A DNA stretch of 34,056 nucleotides. It comes from a virus. The DNA lies in IMG/VR virus record IMGVR_UViG_3300029775_000395, positions 1-34,056 of that record; one strand, written 5' to 3'. The position numbers were made by a program, and so were the translations under genes. The notes under the pieces were generated by a model that did no database searches, was not told the DNA's origin, and worked only from the letters and a program-made list of their open reading frames with translations. Of the stretch, positions 25,101 through 33,666 are shown one piece after another (position 1 is the first letter of the stretch; each line of letters begins with the position of its first letter).

Positions 25101-25586
25101 ATGGTCGGTGCGATCGTCTCGCGCCACGGGACTCCGATGATCGTCGTCCGCTGCACTACCGCAGCGTTCGACGACTACGACGGGTTCGATGCAGACGCCT
25201 CCGTCTGGGAACTCCAGGCGGTTCGGGCGATCCTCTCCGCGCCGTCGGACAAGGAGTCTCGTGACCTGGTCGGCCGGGGCATCACCGCCTCGCGCCGTGC
25301 CACGATTGCCGGGACGAATGATATCCGATCTGATCGAGAGGGGCGAGCTGACCTCATCATCGAGATCCCGGGCGCGAAGACCCTCGCGCTCGGCGGAACC
25401 CCAAGTGCCTGGACCGTCTCGATCGACGGTGACCCGGCGAAGGCCCTCACGGCCACTGACGAGGCGGTCCGTATCGCCGATACTCCCTGCCGTGTCTACC
25501 GGGTTGCTGATGTCAAGGACGATCGGCATCCGTTCACCGGCGTCGAGAAATTCAGCGTCTTCCTGCAGGAGGTCCCGAGCGCATGA
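25101..25586 (+). CDS. Probable head closure/stopper protein
   Basis: Position after the adaptor; beta-rich; YRVADVKD. Confidence 0.6.
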   Translation: MVGAIVSRHGTPMIVVRCTTAAFDDYDGFDADASVWELQAVRAILSAPSDKESRDLVGRGITASRRATIAGTNDIRSDREGRADLIIEIPGAKTLALGGTPSAWTVSIDGDPAKALTATDEAVRIADTPCRVYRVADVKDDRHPFTGVEKFSVFLQEVPSA

Positions 25587-26086
25587 GCTACAACGTTGAG
25601 ATCGTGCTCGCCCCGGCACCGGACGTCGAGCGGATCGTCTCGGAAGAGCTCTGGAAAGCGGCTGAGAGGACGCGGCAGCAATACCAGGAGAATCTCGAAA
25701 AGGGACTCGGCGCCGATGGCTCGCACGGCCGCCCCTACGTCGGCACTGGCGAGGCTATTGCCCGGACCACAGTGTCCCCGGAACTACCGGGAGCCGATGA
25801 GTATCTCGTGAAGGGCGAGACGATGCAGCACATTATCGCCGAGTATGGCCGCGAGCCGGGAAAGCGGATGCCGCCGCCGGAACCCATCGAGAGATGGGCG
25901 CGGGAGGCCGGGCTCGTGCCTCGTGAGGGCGAGACCTTCGACGATATGATCCTCAACATCCGACGGCATATCGGCGCTCACGGGCTCAGGGGGTTCGCCC
26001 CCGGATTGCTCGCGATGCAGACCGTCGCACCGACCGTCGAAGAATCAATCAAAGCCAGATTCAAACGCGAACTGGAGGAACACTGA
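25583..26086 (+). CDS. HK97 gp10-like neck protein
   Basis: IAEYGREPGKRMPPPEPIERWA...GLRGFAP; position. Confidence 0.7.
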   Translation: MSYNVEIVLAPAPDVERIVSEELWKAAERTRQQYQENLEKGLGADGSHGRPYVGTGEAIARTTVSPELPGADEYLVKGETMQHIIAEYGREPGKRMPPPEPIERWAREAGLVPREGETFDDMILNIRRHIGAHGLRGFAPGLLAMQTVAPTVEESIKARFKRELEEH

Positions 26087-26116
26087 TGCACACCGCTCCA
26101 AACGAGGAGGGATTCT

Positions 26117-26593
26117 ATGGGGACGACCGTCCCATCTGATTCTCTCTCGACGTCGATTGTCGTCGACTTGTGGCGCGATAATCTCCGCGCCGCCGTGACT
26201 GCAACCACGATCACCGATCCTGATGCAGCAACGCGGCCGCCGAAGTCGCAGATGGTCGTGACCGAGTACCCCGACCGCGCCCGCCACTACCCGCATATCG
26301 TGATCACCGAGGCCGCAGACGTGTCCCGCCGCCCGGATATCCGGGGCGATGTGTGGCTGCACACCTACACCGTCGGGATCGAGATCGCCGCGAAGACCTC
26401 GACGCAGATGTTCAAACTCCGCGATCAGGTGCGGGGTTGGATCGAATCGAACACCGCCACGCTGAACCAGCTCAACTTCCACGACGCCGCGATCGTCTCC
26501 TCGACTGCGATGTCGTGGGACGCGGCCGAACAGGTGCGGCGGTGGCGAATAGCCGTCCGGGGCACGGTGTATACAGCCCCGCCCACAGAGTGA
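26117..26593 (+). CDS. Probable tail terminator/completion protein
   Basis: Position before the tail tube; YPHIVITE, YTVGIEI. Confidence 0.65.
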   Translation: MGTTVPSDSLSTSIVVDLWRDNLRAAVTATTITDPDAATRPPKSQMVVTEYPDRARHYPHIVITEAADVSRRPDIRGDVWLHTYTVGIEIAAKTSTQMFKLRDQVRGWIESNTATLNQLNFHDAAIVSSTAMSWDAAEQVRRWRIAVRGTVYTAPPTE

Positions 26594-26597
26594 GACA

Positions 26598-27569
26598 ATG
26601 ACAAGTAGATACCTACATGCAGCAAAAAGCCAGGTCTACTGGGGGGTGGAGGGGACGCCCTACACAGTCGCAGACCCCCTCGCCACCCCGTTCGGCCTGA
26701 TCCAGGGCGATATCGATTGGCCACAGGCGAACCCGAAAACCGCGGTCGCCGCATCCGGTCACCGGAGAGCGCCCTACGTGTACAGTAAGGACGAATACGA
26801 TCTCACGTTCTCGATCGCCTACCAGATCCTCGGGAAAGAGCAGCCGTTCGCGTGCTGTTTCGGCCCGCGGTCCAATGCGAACGGCACAGGATACACCGGC
26901 TACGACTGGACGGACGAGGACGGCACATCCGACATCCTCGGGACGATCTCCATCCGCCGGGACCAGACGGACACAATCCTGCAGGAGACGTACGTCGGGT
27001 GCAAGGCGGACCTGTCGCTCTCCGCCCGGGCCGGTGAACCGGTCGTCACCTCGCTCGATGTGGTCGCGGCACAGCGGATCCCGGTCACGAGCGGCACGCC
27101 GACCTATCCGACTCTGTCGATCCCGTCGGTCCAGCCGTATCGGTTCTGGATGCTCGGTGAGGTCACGATGGCCGACGGGTTGACGAAGACCCTCGCGACC
27201 GTGAACTCGTTCGACCTTCGGTGGGCAAATGGTCTTGCCGCCCGGCACCACGGCGGGGGGAGGAACGCCTACTCGATCGTCGAGGAGGAGGTCGCGAACC
27301 GCTACGACACGAAACTTGGGATCACAGTGGTCGACACGTCGCTCTACGCAGCCGCACTCGAGGACGCCGGCAGCATCGACGTGACGATCCCCCTCATCCG
27401 GGACGGAGCGGCATCGCTGGCGGTGTCGAAAGACGCGATGGTGATCTACCTCAACGACTGCGATATCCTGGACGCTCCGATCCCGACGAAAGAGGCCGGT
27501 GACGTCCAGGGCGATATCGTACTCGCGCCGAAGTCGACCAAGATCCATATCCGGGAGCCGACATCATGA
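26598..27569 (+). CDS. Major tail tube protein
   Basis: 323 aa, beta-rich; YVGCKADLSLSARAGEPVVTSL; precedes the chaperones and tape measure. Confidence 0.75.
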   Translation: MTSRYLHAAKSQVYWGVEGTPYTVADPLATPFGLIQGDIDWPQANPKTAVAASGHRRAPYVYSKDEYDLTFSIAYQILGKEQPFACCFGPRSNANGTGYTGYDWTDEDGTSDILGTISIRRDQTDTILQETYVGCKADLSLSARAGEPVVTSLDVVAAQRIPVTSGTPTYPTLSIPSVQPYRFWMLGEVTMADGLTKTLATVNSFDLRWANGLAARHHGGGRNAYSIVEEEVANRYDTKLGITVVDTSLYAAALEDAGSIDVTIPLIRDGAASLAVSKDAMVIYLNDCDILDAPIPTKEAGDVQGDIVLAPKSTKIHIREPTS

Positions 27570-27964
27570 CGTTGACGTGGGACGAGGCGCTCGCGGAGTT
27601 CCAGCGGCAGCGCGAGGAGACGAAGGTAATCGAGTTCCTGGTCGGAGCCGGCACCGTCCAGTTCCGTATCCGACAGCTCACACAGGCGGACAAAGATCGG
27701 ATCGAGGAGCGGGCGCTCCGGGCGCGGGGGCGGGGCGGGGCAATCTCCGCCGCAGAACTCGCCCGGCTCAAACGGGACTATATCCGCGCCGGGGTGGTCG
27801 AGGGGCCGCCCGGGTTCGCGTTGACTTCCGAGCATCTCGACGCGCTCCCGGTCTACATCCGGGACGGTCTCGCGGACGCGATCGAGAAGTGGCACACGCT
27901 CGACGAGGAAACCGAGGCCGACTTTCGTCTTGTTGGGGAAGGGCGAGGCGATTGCACCGACTGA
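27566..27964 (+). CDS. Tail assembly chaperone (G-like)
   Basis: FRIRQLTQADKDRIE; lies between tube and tape measure. Confidence 0.75.
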   Translation: MTLTWDEALAEFQRQREETKVIEFLVGAGTVQFRIRQLTQADKDRIEERALRARGRGGAISAAELARLKRDYIRAGVVEGPPGFALTSEHLDALPVYIRDGLADAIEKWHTLDEETEADFRLVGEGRGDCTD

Positions 27965-27983
27965 GGTCTGGGAGGCACGGGTG

Positions 27984-28145
27984 ATGCAGGACGCCGTGTT
28001 CTGGAGCGAATACGGCTGCCCATTCGACGCCCGCGCTGTCTTGCCCGCCCGGGAGTATCAGGCGCACGTCGCGATCCTGCGCGGGAAGGCGGCCCGGATC
28101 GAAGAGGAGGAACGGAAGATGAAACAGCGCACACGGAGGAGATAG
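27984..28145 (+). CDS. Second tail chaperone ORF (T-like); either its own ATG at 27984 or reached by frameshift
   Basis: +1 frame, open across the end of the G-like ORF; GGAGG at 27971. Confidence 0.65.
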   Translation: MQDAVFWSEYGCPFDARAVLPAREYQAHVAILRGKAARIEEEERKMKQRTRRR

Positions 28146-29273
28146 ATGGGACTACTCGGCAGTCTGGTCTTACGTTACGCGGCCGAAGGGCACCATGATG
28201 TGATCCGGGCCGACAAGCGCGTCCGGGACAGTCTCTCGACGACCGCCCGCCACGCGAAACGCGACGAGGCCGCGACGAAAGGGTGGATGCAGCGGCACAT
28301 GACGGCGCTGCTCGCGGTCGCCGGGACGATCGGGGCGGCGATGTACACGATCGCCCGAGAGTCGCCGTCGATGAGCGCCGCGATCGGGGAGATCCGGCTC
28401 GCGTTCTCCCTGTTCTTCATGGACGTTGGGGAGCGGGCAGCGCCGTTCTTCGATGGGTTGGCCGATCTGGCCTGGGGGTTCCTCGAAGAATGGGAGAAAC
28501 TCCCGGACAGCATGAAGGACGCGCTCGTCAGGGGCACGCCTGCGATCCTCGAAAACTGGGATCAGATCTTCTTCGATCTCGCCGCCACCGTGGATCGCTA
28601 TCTCGGCACCGGGGATACGTTTCAGACGTTCGCTCAGAAAATACTCAATGCATGGAACTGGCTCAAGGAAAACGCCCCGCTGGCCGTCTCGGCGATGTTC
28701 ACCCGCATCGGAGAGGAGTGGAGGAAGTTCAAGGAGGATCCGATCGCGTGGGGGGCGGATCTCGTGGCCAAGTTCGTTGCCGGCATCCGGAACCTGGCTC
28801 CCGTCCTGTACAACTACGTGATAGGGGTCCTCGGCACGGTTGCCGGCAAGTTCCTCGGATGGCTACCGGGCGCCCGGCAGTGGGGCGTCGACATGATGAA
28901 CAACTTCATCGGCGGTATCCGGTCGATGTTTGCCTGGCTGGACAGCACGATCGCGACCATCAAGAGCAAGATCGAGGCGGTGATGTCGTTCGACATCTCG
29001 GCAAACGATCGCATGGCCTATCGATGGGGTTCGGACCTGGTCCAGCATTTCGAGGCTGGCATGCGATCAGTGCAGTTCTCCCCGGCCCTGCCGGTCGCTT
29101 CACCGGCGCCTGTGGCTGTGGGTGCCGGCGGCGGGACATCGCAGACGGTATACGTCGATATTGGGGGGATCACGGTGTCGGGAGCGGCCGCACAGTCCCC
29201 GCTTGACGAGGGAAAGATCGCCCGAATGGTGCGGGACGAGATCGGGCAGGCGCTCCGGGAGCGGGCACGATGA
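28146..29273 (+). CDS. Tape measure protein (short, 375 aa)
   Basis: Helical, with periodic Trp/Phe (WEKLPD, WNWLKE, WGADL, WGVDM, WGSDL); position. Confidence 0.8.
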   Translation: MGLLGSLVLRYAAEGHHDVIRADKRVRDSLSTTARHAKRDEAATKGWMQRHMTALLAVAGTIGAAMYTIARESPSMSAAIGEIRLAFSLFFMDVGERAAPFFDGLADLAWGFLEEWEKLPDSMKDALVRGTPAILENWDQIFFDLAATVDRYLGTGDTFQTFAQKILNAWNWLKENAPLAVSAMFTRIGEEWRKFKEDPIAWGADLVAKFVAGIRNLAPVLYNYVIGVLGTVAGKFLGWLPGARQWGVDMMNNFIGGIRSMFAWLDSTIATIKSKIEAVMSFDISANDRMAYRWGSDLVQHFEAGMRSVQFSPALPVASPAPVAVGAGGGTSQTVYVDIGGITVSGAAAQSPLDEGKIARMVRDEIGQALRERAR

Positions 29274-29794
29274 CGCACACTAGTGTCCGGTTGGAGAGAG
29301 ACGGGGTAGTCGTCGCCTATCTCGCGCCCACGACCCAGATCACCCCTGTCTCGAAAAACGACCTATATGTCGGCAACCTCGCCCGGGGAAAGGGGGCAGT
29401 TGCCCGCGACGTCCGGCGGTGGTACTGGGAGGTCACGATCCAGGGCACGTTCCAAAGTTCCGACGGCCTGCCCACGGAACATCGGGACGCGCTGCAGAAC
29501 TTGTTCGGATACTCGGAGGTGACGGCGGAGATGCAGATGCGCCGGATCTACCAGTACGCCTTCGGGGTCGGCGGAAACTTCGACCTCTACACTCCACAGG
29601 TCGTGTATACTGCCCGCGACGAGACCGAACTCCGGTTCGATCCTGCGAATCCCGGGGACTCGCTCCGACTCCCGCAGGTCGCGTTCGATGAGATCCGGGG
29701 GCCGTATGTGGCCGGGAAAGACCGGATAGACTGGATGCTGAAGTTCATCAGCGGGTTCTCGCGACAGGAAGAGGAAGAGGAGGAAGAGGAATGA
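29270..29794 (+). CDS. Probable distal tail (Dit-like) protein
   Basis: Directly after the tape measure; VTIQGTF. Confidence 0.55.
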   Translation: MTHTSVRLERDGVVVAYLAPTTQITPVSKNDLYVGNLARGKGAVARDVRRWYWEVTIQGTFQSSDGLPTEHRDALQNLFGYSEVTAEMQMRRIYQYAFGVGGNFDLYTPQVVYTARDETELRFDPANPGDSLRLPQVAFDEIRGPYVAGKDRIDWMLKFISGFSRQEEEEEEEE

Positions 29795-30048
29795 CGCGAT
29801 TTATCGAGATACTCAAGACACAGACCGACGAGCAGATCGAACGCGGCGAACCGCAGGAGCAGATCCGGGTGAGGATCGCCGACGATCTGGAGGGCCCCGA
29901 GATCCTGACGTTGATCGACGCGCTCCGAACGCAGAGCGAGTGGGCTCCGGAGGAGGCCCCGGCACGGCTCCACATCTGCCGCCACGACGAGGTGCCGCCG
30001 CAGCCGTGCGAGCTCATCCCGGAAGACGTCCTCCGGGCGCAGGAGTGA
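29791..30048 (+). CDS. Hypothetical protein (85 aa)
   Basis: ATGA coupling; LHICRHDE...PC. Confidence 0.65.
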   Translation: MTRFIEILKTQTDEQIERGEPQEQIRVRIADDLEGPEILTLIDALRTQSEWAPEEAPARLHICRHDEVPPQPCELIPEDVLRAQE

Positions 30049-30050
30049 TC

Positions 30051-32336
30051 ATGCCGCCGGTGCCGCCGCCAGGATTCGAGCACGCCCAGGTCGTCCCGAT
30101 GCGGGTCGACCACTCGCGCATACAGGAGGCGCTGGAGGACTTCCCGGCGGCGCTGATCCTCTCGGCAACCAAGAAAACCCGGGCGCATCTCAGCGACCTC
30201 TTCTTCGAGATCTGGGACCGCCGCAAACAGATCGCGGTTGCCTTAGAGGACGGGACACAATGTTACGTCGAGATTAAGGAGTGGCAGCCGGAGCGGCTGT
30301 ATGCGGTCCTCTTCGTCCGGATTCCTGAGGTATCCTCGGACGCGGATACTCCGCTCTACCTTTGGTACTCTCGCACCGCGCCCGAAAACACCTCCTGTGT
30401 CGGGGATACCGGGGAACCGGCGGCGCAGCAGGTGTGGACGAACGGCTACGCGGGCGTGTGGATGAAGCCTTCCGGCGGGCTGCTGCTCGACTCGTCGCCG
30501 AACGCGAACCATGCGACGATCTACGGGGCGACGGAGACGGACGGCCCGCTCGGGGCGTGCTACTCGTATGATGGGGTGGATGATTACGGAGTTATCCCCG
30601 CATCGTCCACTCTTGATATGGGGGGGAAGAGTTTCTCGGTCCAAACATTATTCCGCATCGATCGAACTGTCGCGAGCGAGCGCCTGATCCTCGAACATGG
30701 GGTTTGGGCGGGCGCAGGGGTATATCAGCTGGCGAGTATGGGTAATGGGGACCTACGGTTCTTTGGCGTCGGAGATATCATCTACGCGGATTACCGTCCC
30801 GATTACGCCGGGGCGTGGCATGATGTCTGGGGGGTACTCGACCAACAGGCTGCTGCATCATACCTCTACTATGACGGGGGCGTCGGCACTGTTGCGCCGG
30901 GCAGTACGGGTATACCGAGCAGCGGAGCGGTTCTGACGTATCTCTGCTCCAGAGCAGGCGCCGGGTTATTTTTAGAATGTAATCTGGCACTCGTTTCGAT
31001 CTCCTCCACCCCCCGCTCCCCCGCCTGGATCGCCGCGACCAACCTCGCGCTCCGGGACGAGTTGATCGTCTACGACCCCCCGTCCCTCCCAGGGGGCGAC
31101 ACCGGGTCGATCTGGCACGCGGCGCATGGTAGTCTCGGCGAACTCGCGGGTGTGACTCGAATCCGAGTGCAGGACGCCTACTCGCGGTTCGCCCGGAAAG
31201 CGACCGTCGAGATCATCGATCCGGACGGTGCGATCGCCGCTGATACGCCGCGAGATACATCGATCCTGCTCTACGCCGCCCCGTCGCCCCGGAGCCCGCT
31301 ACAACTCCGGTTCGGCGGGTTTGTCGTCGACGTCCGGACAAACGAGAACGTCACGACGCTTGACCTCCTCTCGTACGACTTCTGGCTCAAGCGCCGCGTC
31401 GTCTATAAAACCTACACCGATACCGGGCTCCGGGACATCGCCCATGACCTCGTCACGACCCTGACCCCGCTCGTCTGGGACCCGGCACAGGTCGACCTCA
31501 CGAACGATATCGTGATCTCGCAGGTCTGGAAAGGCGAGGCGCTCGACTCCGTGCTCGCGGAGATTGCCGCGATGAGCAAATCGGAGGAGTGGGGGGCCGA
31601 CGACGAAGGCAAGTTCTTCTTCCGGGAGTGGGACGTCCGGACGAGTCGGCGCCATTTTACCGAAGGCTGGTACACCGATGCCCGGTTCGAGGAGGACGGG
31701 CGGATGGAGGTCAACCGGGTCGTGATCTATTACGGGCAGCCGCCGAACACCGGCGCGGTGGCCGTGCAGGACCTGGCGGCGCAACTCGCGCTCCAGAACC
31801 GGTACGGTGCGCCGCGCCCTGTGGTGATCGAGGTCGCCCGGACCTACCCGGAGATCACGACGGAGGAGGGTGCCCGCAACCGGGCGGCGGCGATCCTGGC
31901 GAACCGGACAGTGATCCGGACGGGGGAGATTGAGACCTGGGGCGCGGTCCGCGTCCGGCCGGGCGACGTCTGCGCCGTCCGGGTCCCCGACCAGAGGATC
32001 GATGGATCCTACCGGGTGGCGCAGATCGAGTACGCCTATCCAGAGGACCAGACCGTCGTAAAACTCGCGGAGAACAACGAGGGCGTGGTCGACGTCCTGG
32101 TCGAGCTCTCGGACGAGGTCTCACGAATCGATGCCCGGGACGCCGACCCGGACGCGACGCCCCTCGAGGTCGTCAACCTGCTCGAAGAGGTCGAGATCGA
32201 GACGGAACTCGCGGTCTACGTGATCCATGTCGCCGCGGGCGTGTTCCTGTTCGGCGAGCCGGGCGGCAACCTCGGCGATCCGCATGTGGGCGGCGGCGTG
32301 CTCGGTGACCCGGGCGGCAGGACGAGAGTGATCTGA
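30051..32336 (+). CDS. DUF2341 plus LamG (concanavalin A-like) domains fused to a baseplate hub/Tal-like minor tail protein
   Basis: DGTQCYVEIKEW...LFVRIP...LYLWY (DUF2341); GVW...DSSPNANHATIYG...YSYDGVDDYG (LamG_3); then RVQDAYSRFARKATVEI...FGGFV...FFFRE (hub-like). Confidence 0.72.
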   Translation: MPPVPPPGFEHAQVVPMRVDHSRIQEALEDFPAALILSATKKTRAHLSDLFFEIWDRRKQIAVALEDGTQCYVEIKEWQPERLYAVLFVRIPEVSSDADTPLYLWYSRTAPENTSCVGDTGEPAAQQVWTNGYAGVWMKPSGGLLLDSSPNANHATIYGATETDGPLGACYSYDGVDDYGVIPASSTLDMGGKSFSVQTLFRIDRTVASERLILEHGVWAGAGVYQLASMGNGDLRFFGVGDIIYADYRPDYAGAWHDVWGVLDQQAAASYLYYDGGVGTVAPGSTGIPSSGAVLTYLCSRAGAGLFLECNLALVSISSTPRSPAWIAATNLALRDELIVYDPPSLPGGDTGSIWHAAHGSLGELAGVTRIRVQDAYSRFARKATVEIIDPDGAIAADTPRDTSILLYAAPSPRSPLQLRFGGFVVDVRTNENVTTLDLLSYDFWLKRRVVYKTYTDTGLRDIAHDLVTTLTPLVWDPAQVDLTNDIVISQVWKGEALDSVLAEIAAMSKSEEWGADDEGKFFFREWDVRTSRRHFTEGWYTDARFEEDGRMEVNRVVIYYGQPPNTGAVAVQDLAAQLALQNRYGAPRPVVIEVARTYPEITTEEGARNRAAAILANRTVIRTGEIETWGAVRVRPGDVCAVRVPDQRIDGSYRVAQIEYAYPEDQTVVKLAENNEGVVDVLVELSDEVSRIDARDADPDATPLEVVNLLEEVEIETELAVYVIHVAAGVFLFGEPGGNLGDPHVGGGVLGDPGGRTRVI

Positions 32337-32678
32337 ATGACTACACTGAACCAGGGGCTGAATGCCTACAGAGACCTGATACGGGCGGCGATTGCGACGG
32401 TGGAGATCGGGACCGGCACCACGCCGGAGACGTCCTCTGATACCGCGCTCCAGTCGCCGCTCGCATCAAAACCAGCAACGACGTTCAACCGGCTGACGGG
32501 CGAGTTCGTCGCCCGGGGCCGGCTCGGCGCAGCGGAGGGGAACGGGTCGTACCTGTCGGAGGTCGGGATAAAGACCGCGACGACCCTGACGACCCGGAAA
32601 ACCCACGCGGCACTGCTGAAGACCAACCTGATCGAGGTAGAATACGAGATTCTCACGAGGCTGAGGAACAAAGCATGA
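32337..32678 (+). CDS. Minor tail protein (tail-collar/fibre attachment-like)
   Basis: EIGTGTTPETSSDTAL...EGNGSYLSEVG pattern. Confidence 0.65.
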   Translation: MTTLNQGLNAYRDLIRAAIATVEIGTGTTPETSSDTALQSPLASKPATTFNRLTGEFVARGRLGAAEGNGSYLSEVGIKTATTLTTRKTHAALLKTNLIEVEYEILTRLRNKA

Positions 32679-33586
32679 AGACATTCCAGGATGGCGACCC
32701 TCTTTTCGGGGTCATGATGAACGCGATTGCGAACCTGTGGCCGAACGGCACGGCGGTCCTGTCGGGGTGCACGCAGACGGGGTCGGGGGCGGCCCGGCAG
32801 ATCACGGTGGCCGCCGGCACGGTGGTGATCGGCGGGACGGTGAGACCGGTCTCGCAACAGACGAAGACGCTCGACGCAGCGACATTCGACCGGTATGACT
32901 TGCTCAGCGTGAATTCATCCGGTACGGTCGTCGTGACGAAGGGAACGGAGGAGCGGCGCGTGCCCGCGCTGCCCGCGAACAGTGTGCCGGTCGCGGTCTG
33001 CCTGATCGAGACCGGGCAGACGACGCTCCCGGCGGACAGGATCTATGATGCCCGGATGCTCGCGTCACGGCTGGTGGCGGCGGCGATCCGGTGCAGCACC
33101 GAGGTCTCCGGAGCCACCCTCCAGAGCCAGACGGGGAACATCGGCGCCCTGTCGCAGTTCGTGGACGTACCTGGTACGACAGTGCGGAAGGACGTTAATA
33201 TATCGGAATCGGTCAGCGGCACATGGAAAACGTTATACACGATAACGGTTCCGCCGACTTACAGCAGTATCCCAATGTCGTCAAATCTTCGTGCATCGAT
33301 TACAAACGCGGCACCCGGAGTGGCCGGCTACTCTCCCGTGTTAAACGTTCAGGTTTTGAGGGATGGGGAGGTGATCGGGACTTCATCAATCGGCGGGGAT
33401 GCAATCTCAGTTACGGCATCAGTAGACACAACTGGGGGGTTTTGTGCGGGTAACACGCTCGTAATCCAGGGCTCCTGGAGTGACAATGTAACTAACGCCG
33501 TCACAATCACAAACGTCAAAATTATGTCGAATCGGAGCACCATCACTCCGGCGACGAAAGTGTTTGTCGAGGCAGGTAGCTGGTAA
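32675..33586 (+). CDS. Probable tail fibre/receptor-binding protein
   Basis: GC-rich N-terminal fibre-type region (ITVAAGTVVIGG...RYDLL...PALPANSVPVA) and an AT-richer beta C-terminus. Confidence 0.6.
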   Translation: MKTFQDGDPLFGVMMNAIANLWPNGTAVLSGCTQTGSGAARQITVAAGTVVIGGTVRPVSQQTKTLDAATFDRYDLLSVNSSGTVVVTKGTEERRVPALPANSVPVAVCLIETGQTTLPADRIYDARMLASRLVAAAIRCSTEVSGATLQSQTGNIGALSQFVDVPGTTVRKDVNISESVSGTWKTLYTITVPPTYSSIPMSSNLRASITNAAPGVAGYSPVLNVQVLRDGEVIGTSSIGGDAISVTASVDTTGGFCAGNTLVIQGSWSDNVTNAVTITNVKIMSNRSTITPATKVFVEAGSW

Positions 33587-33666
33587 CCCCTATATATCCC
33601 CCGCCCCCTATTCTCTCACATGACTGATACTAAAACCTCTTTCTGGACCCCGTCGCGACCACTAGA

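Noticed and set aside
26598-27569. Contractile (myovirus) tail
   Set aside because: No sheath-sized gene or baseplate wedge (J-like) genes are recognisable; the layout fits a non-contractile tail.
30051-33586. Possible diversity-generating retroelement acting on tail genes
   Set aside because: No reverse transcriptase and no template/variable repeat pair were seen in the window.
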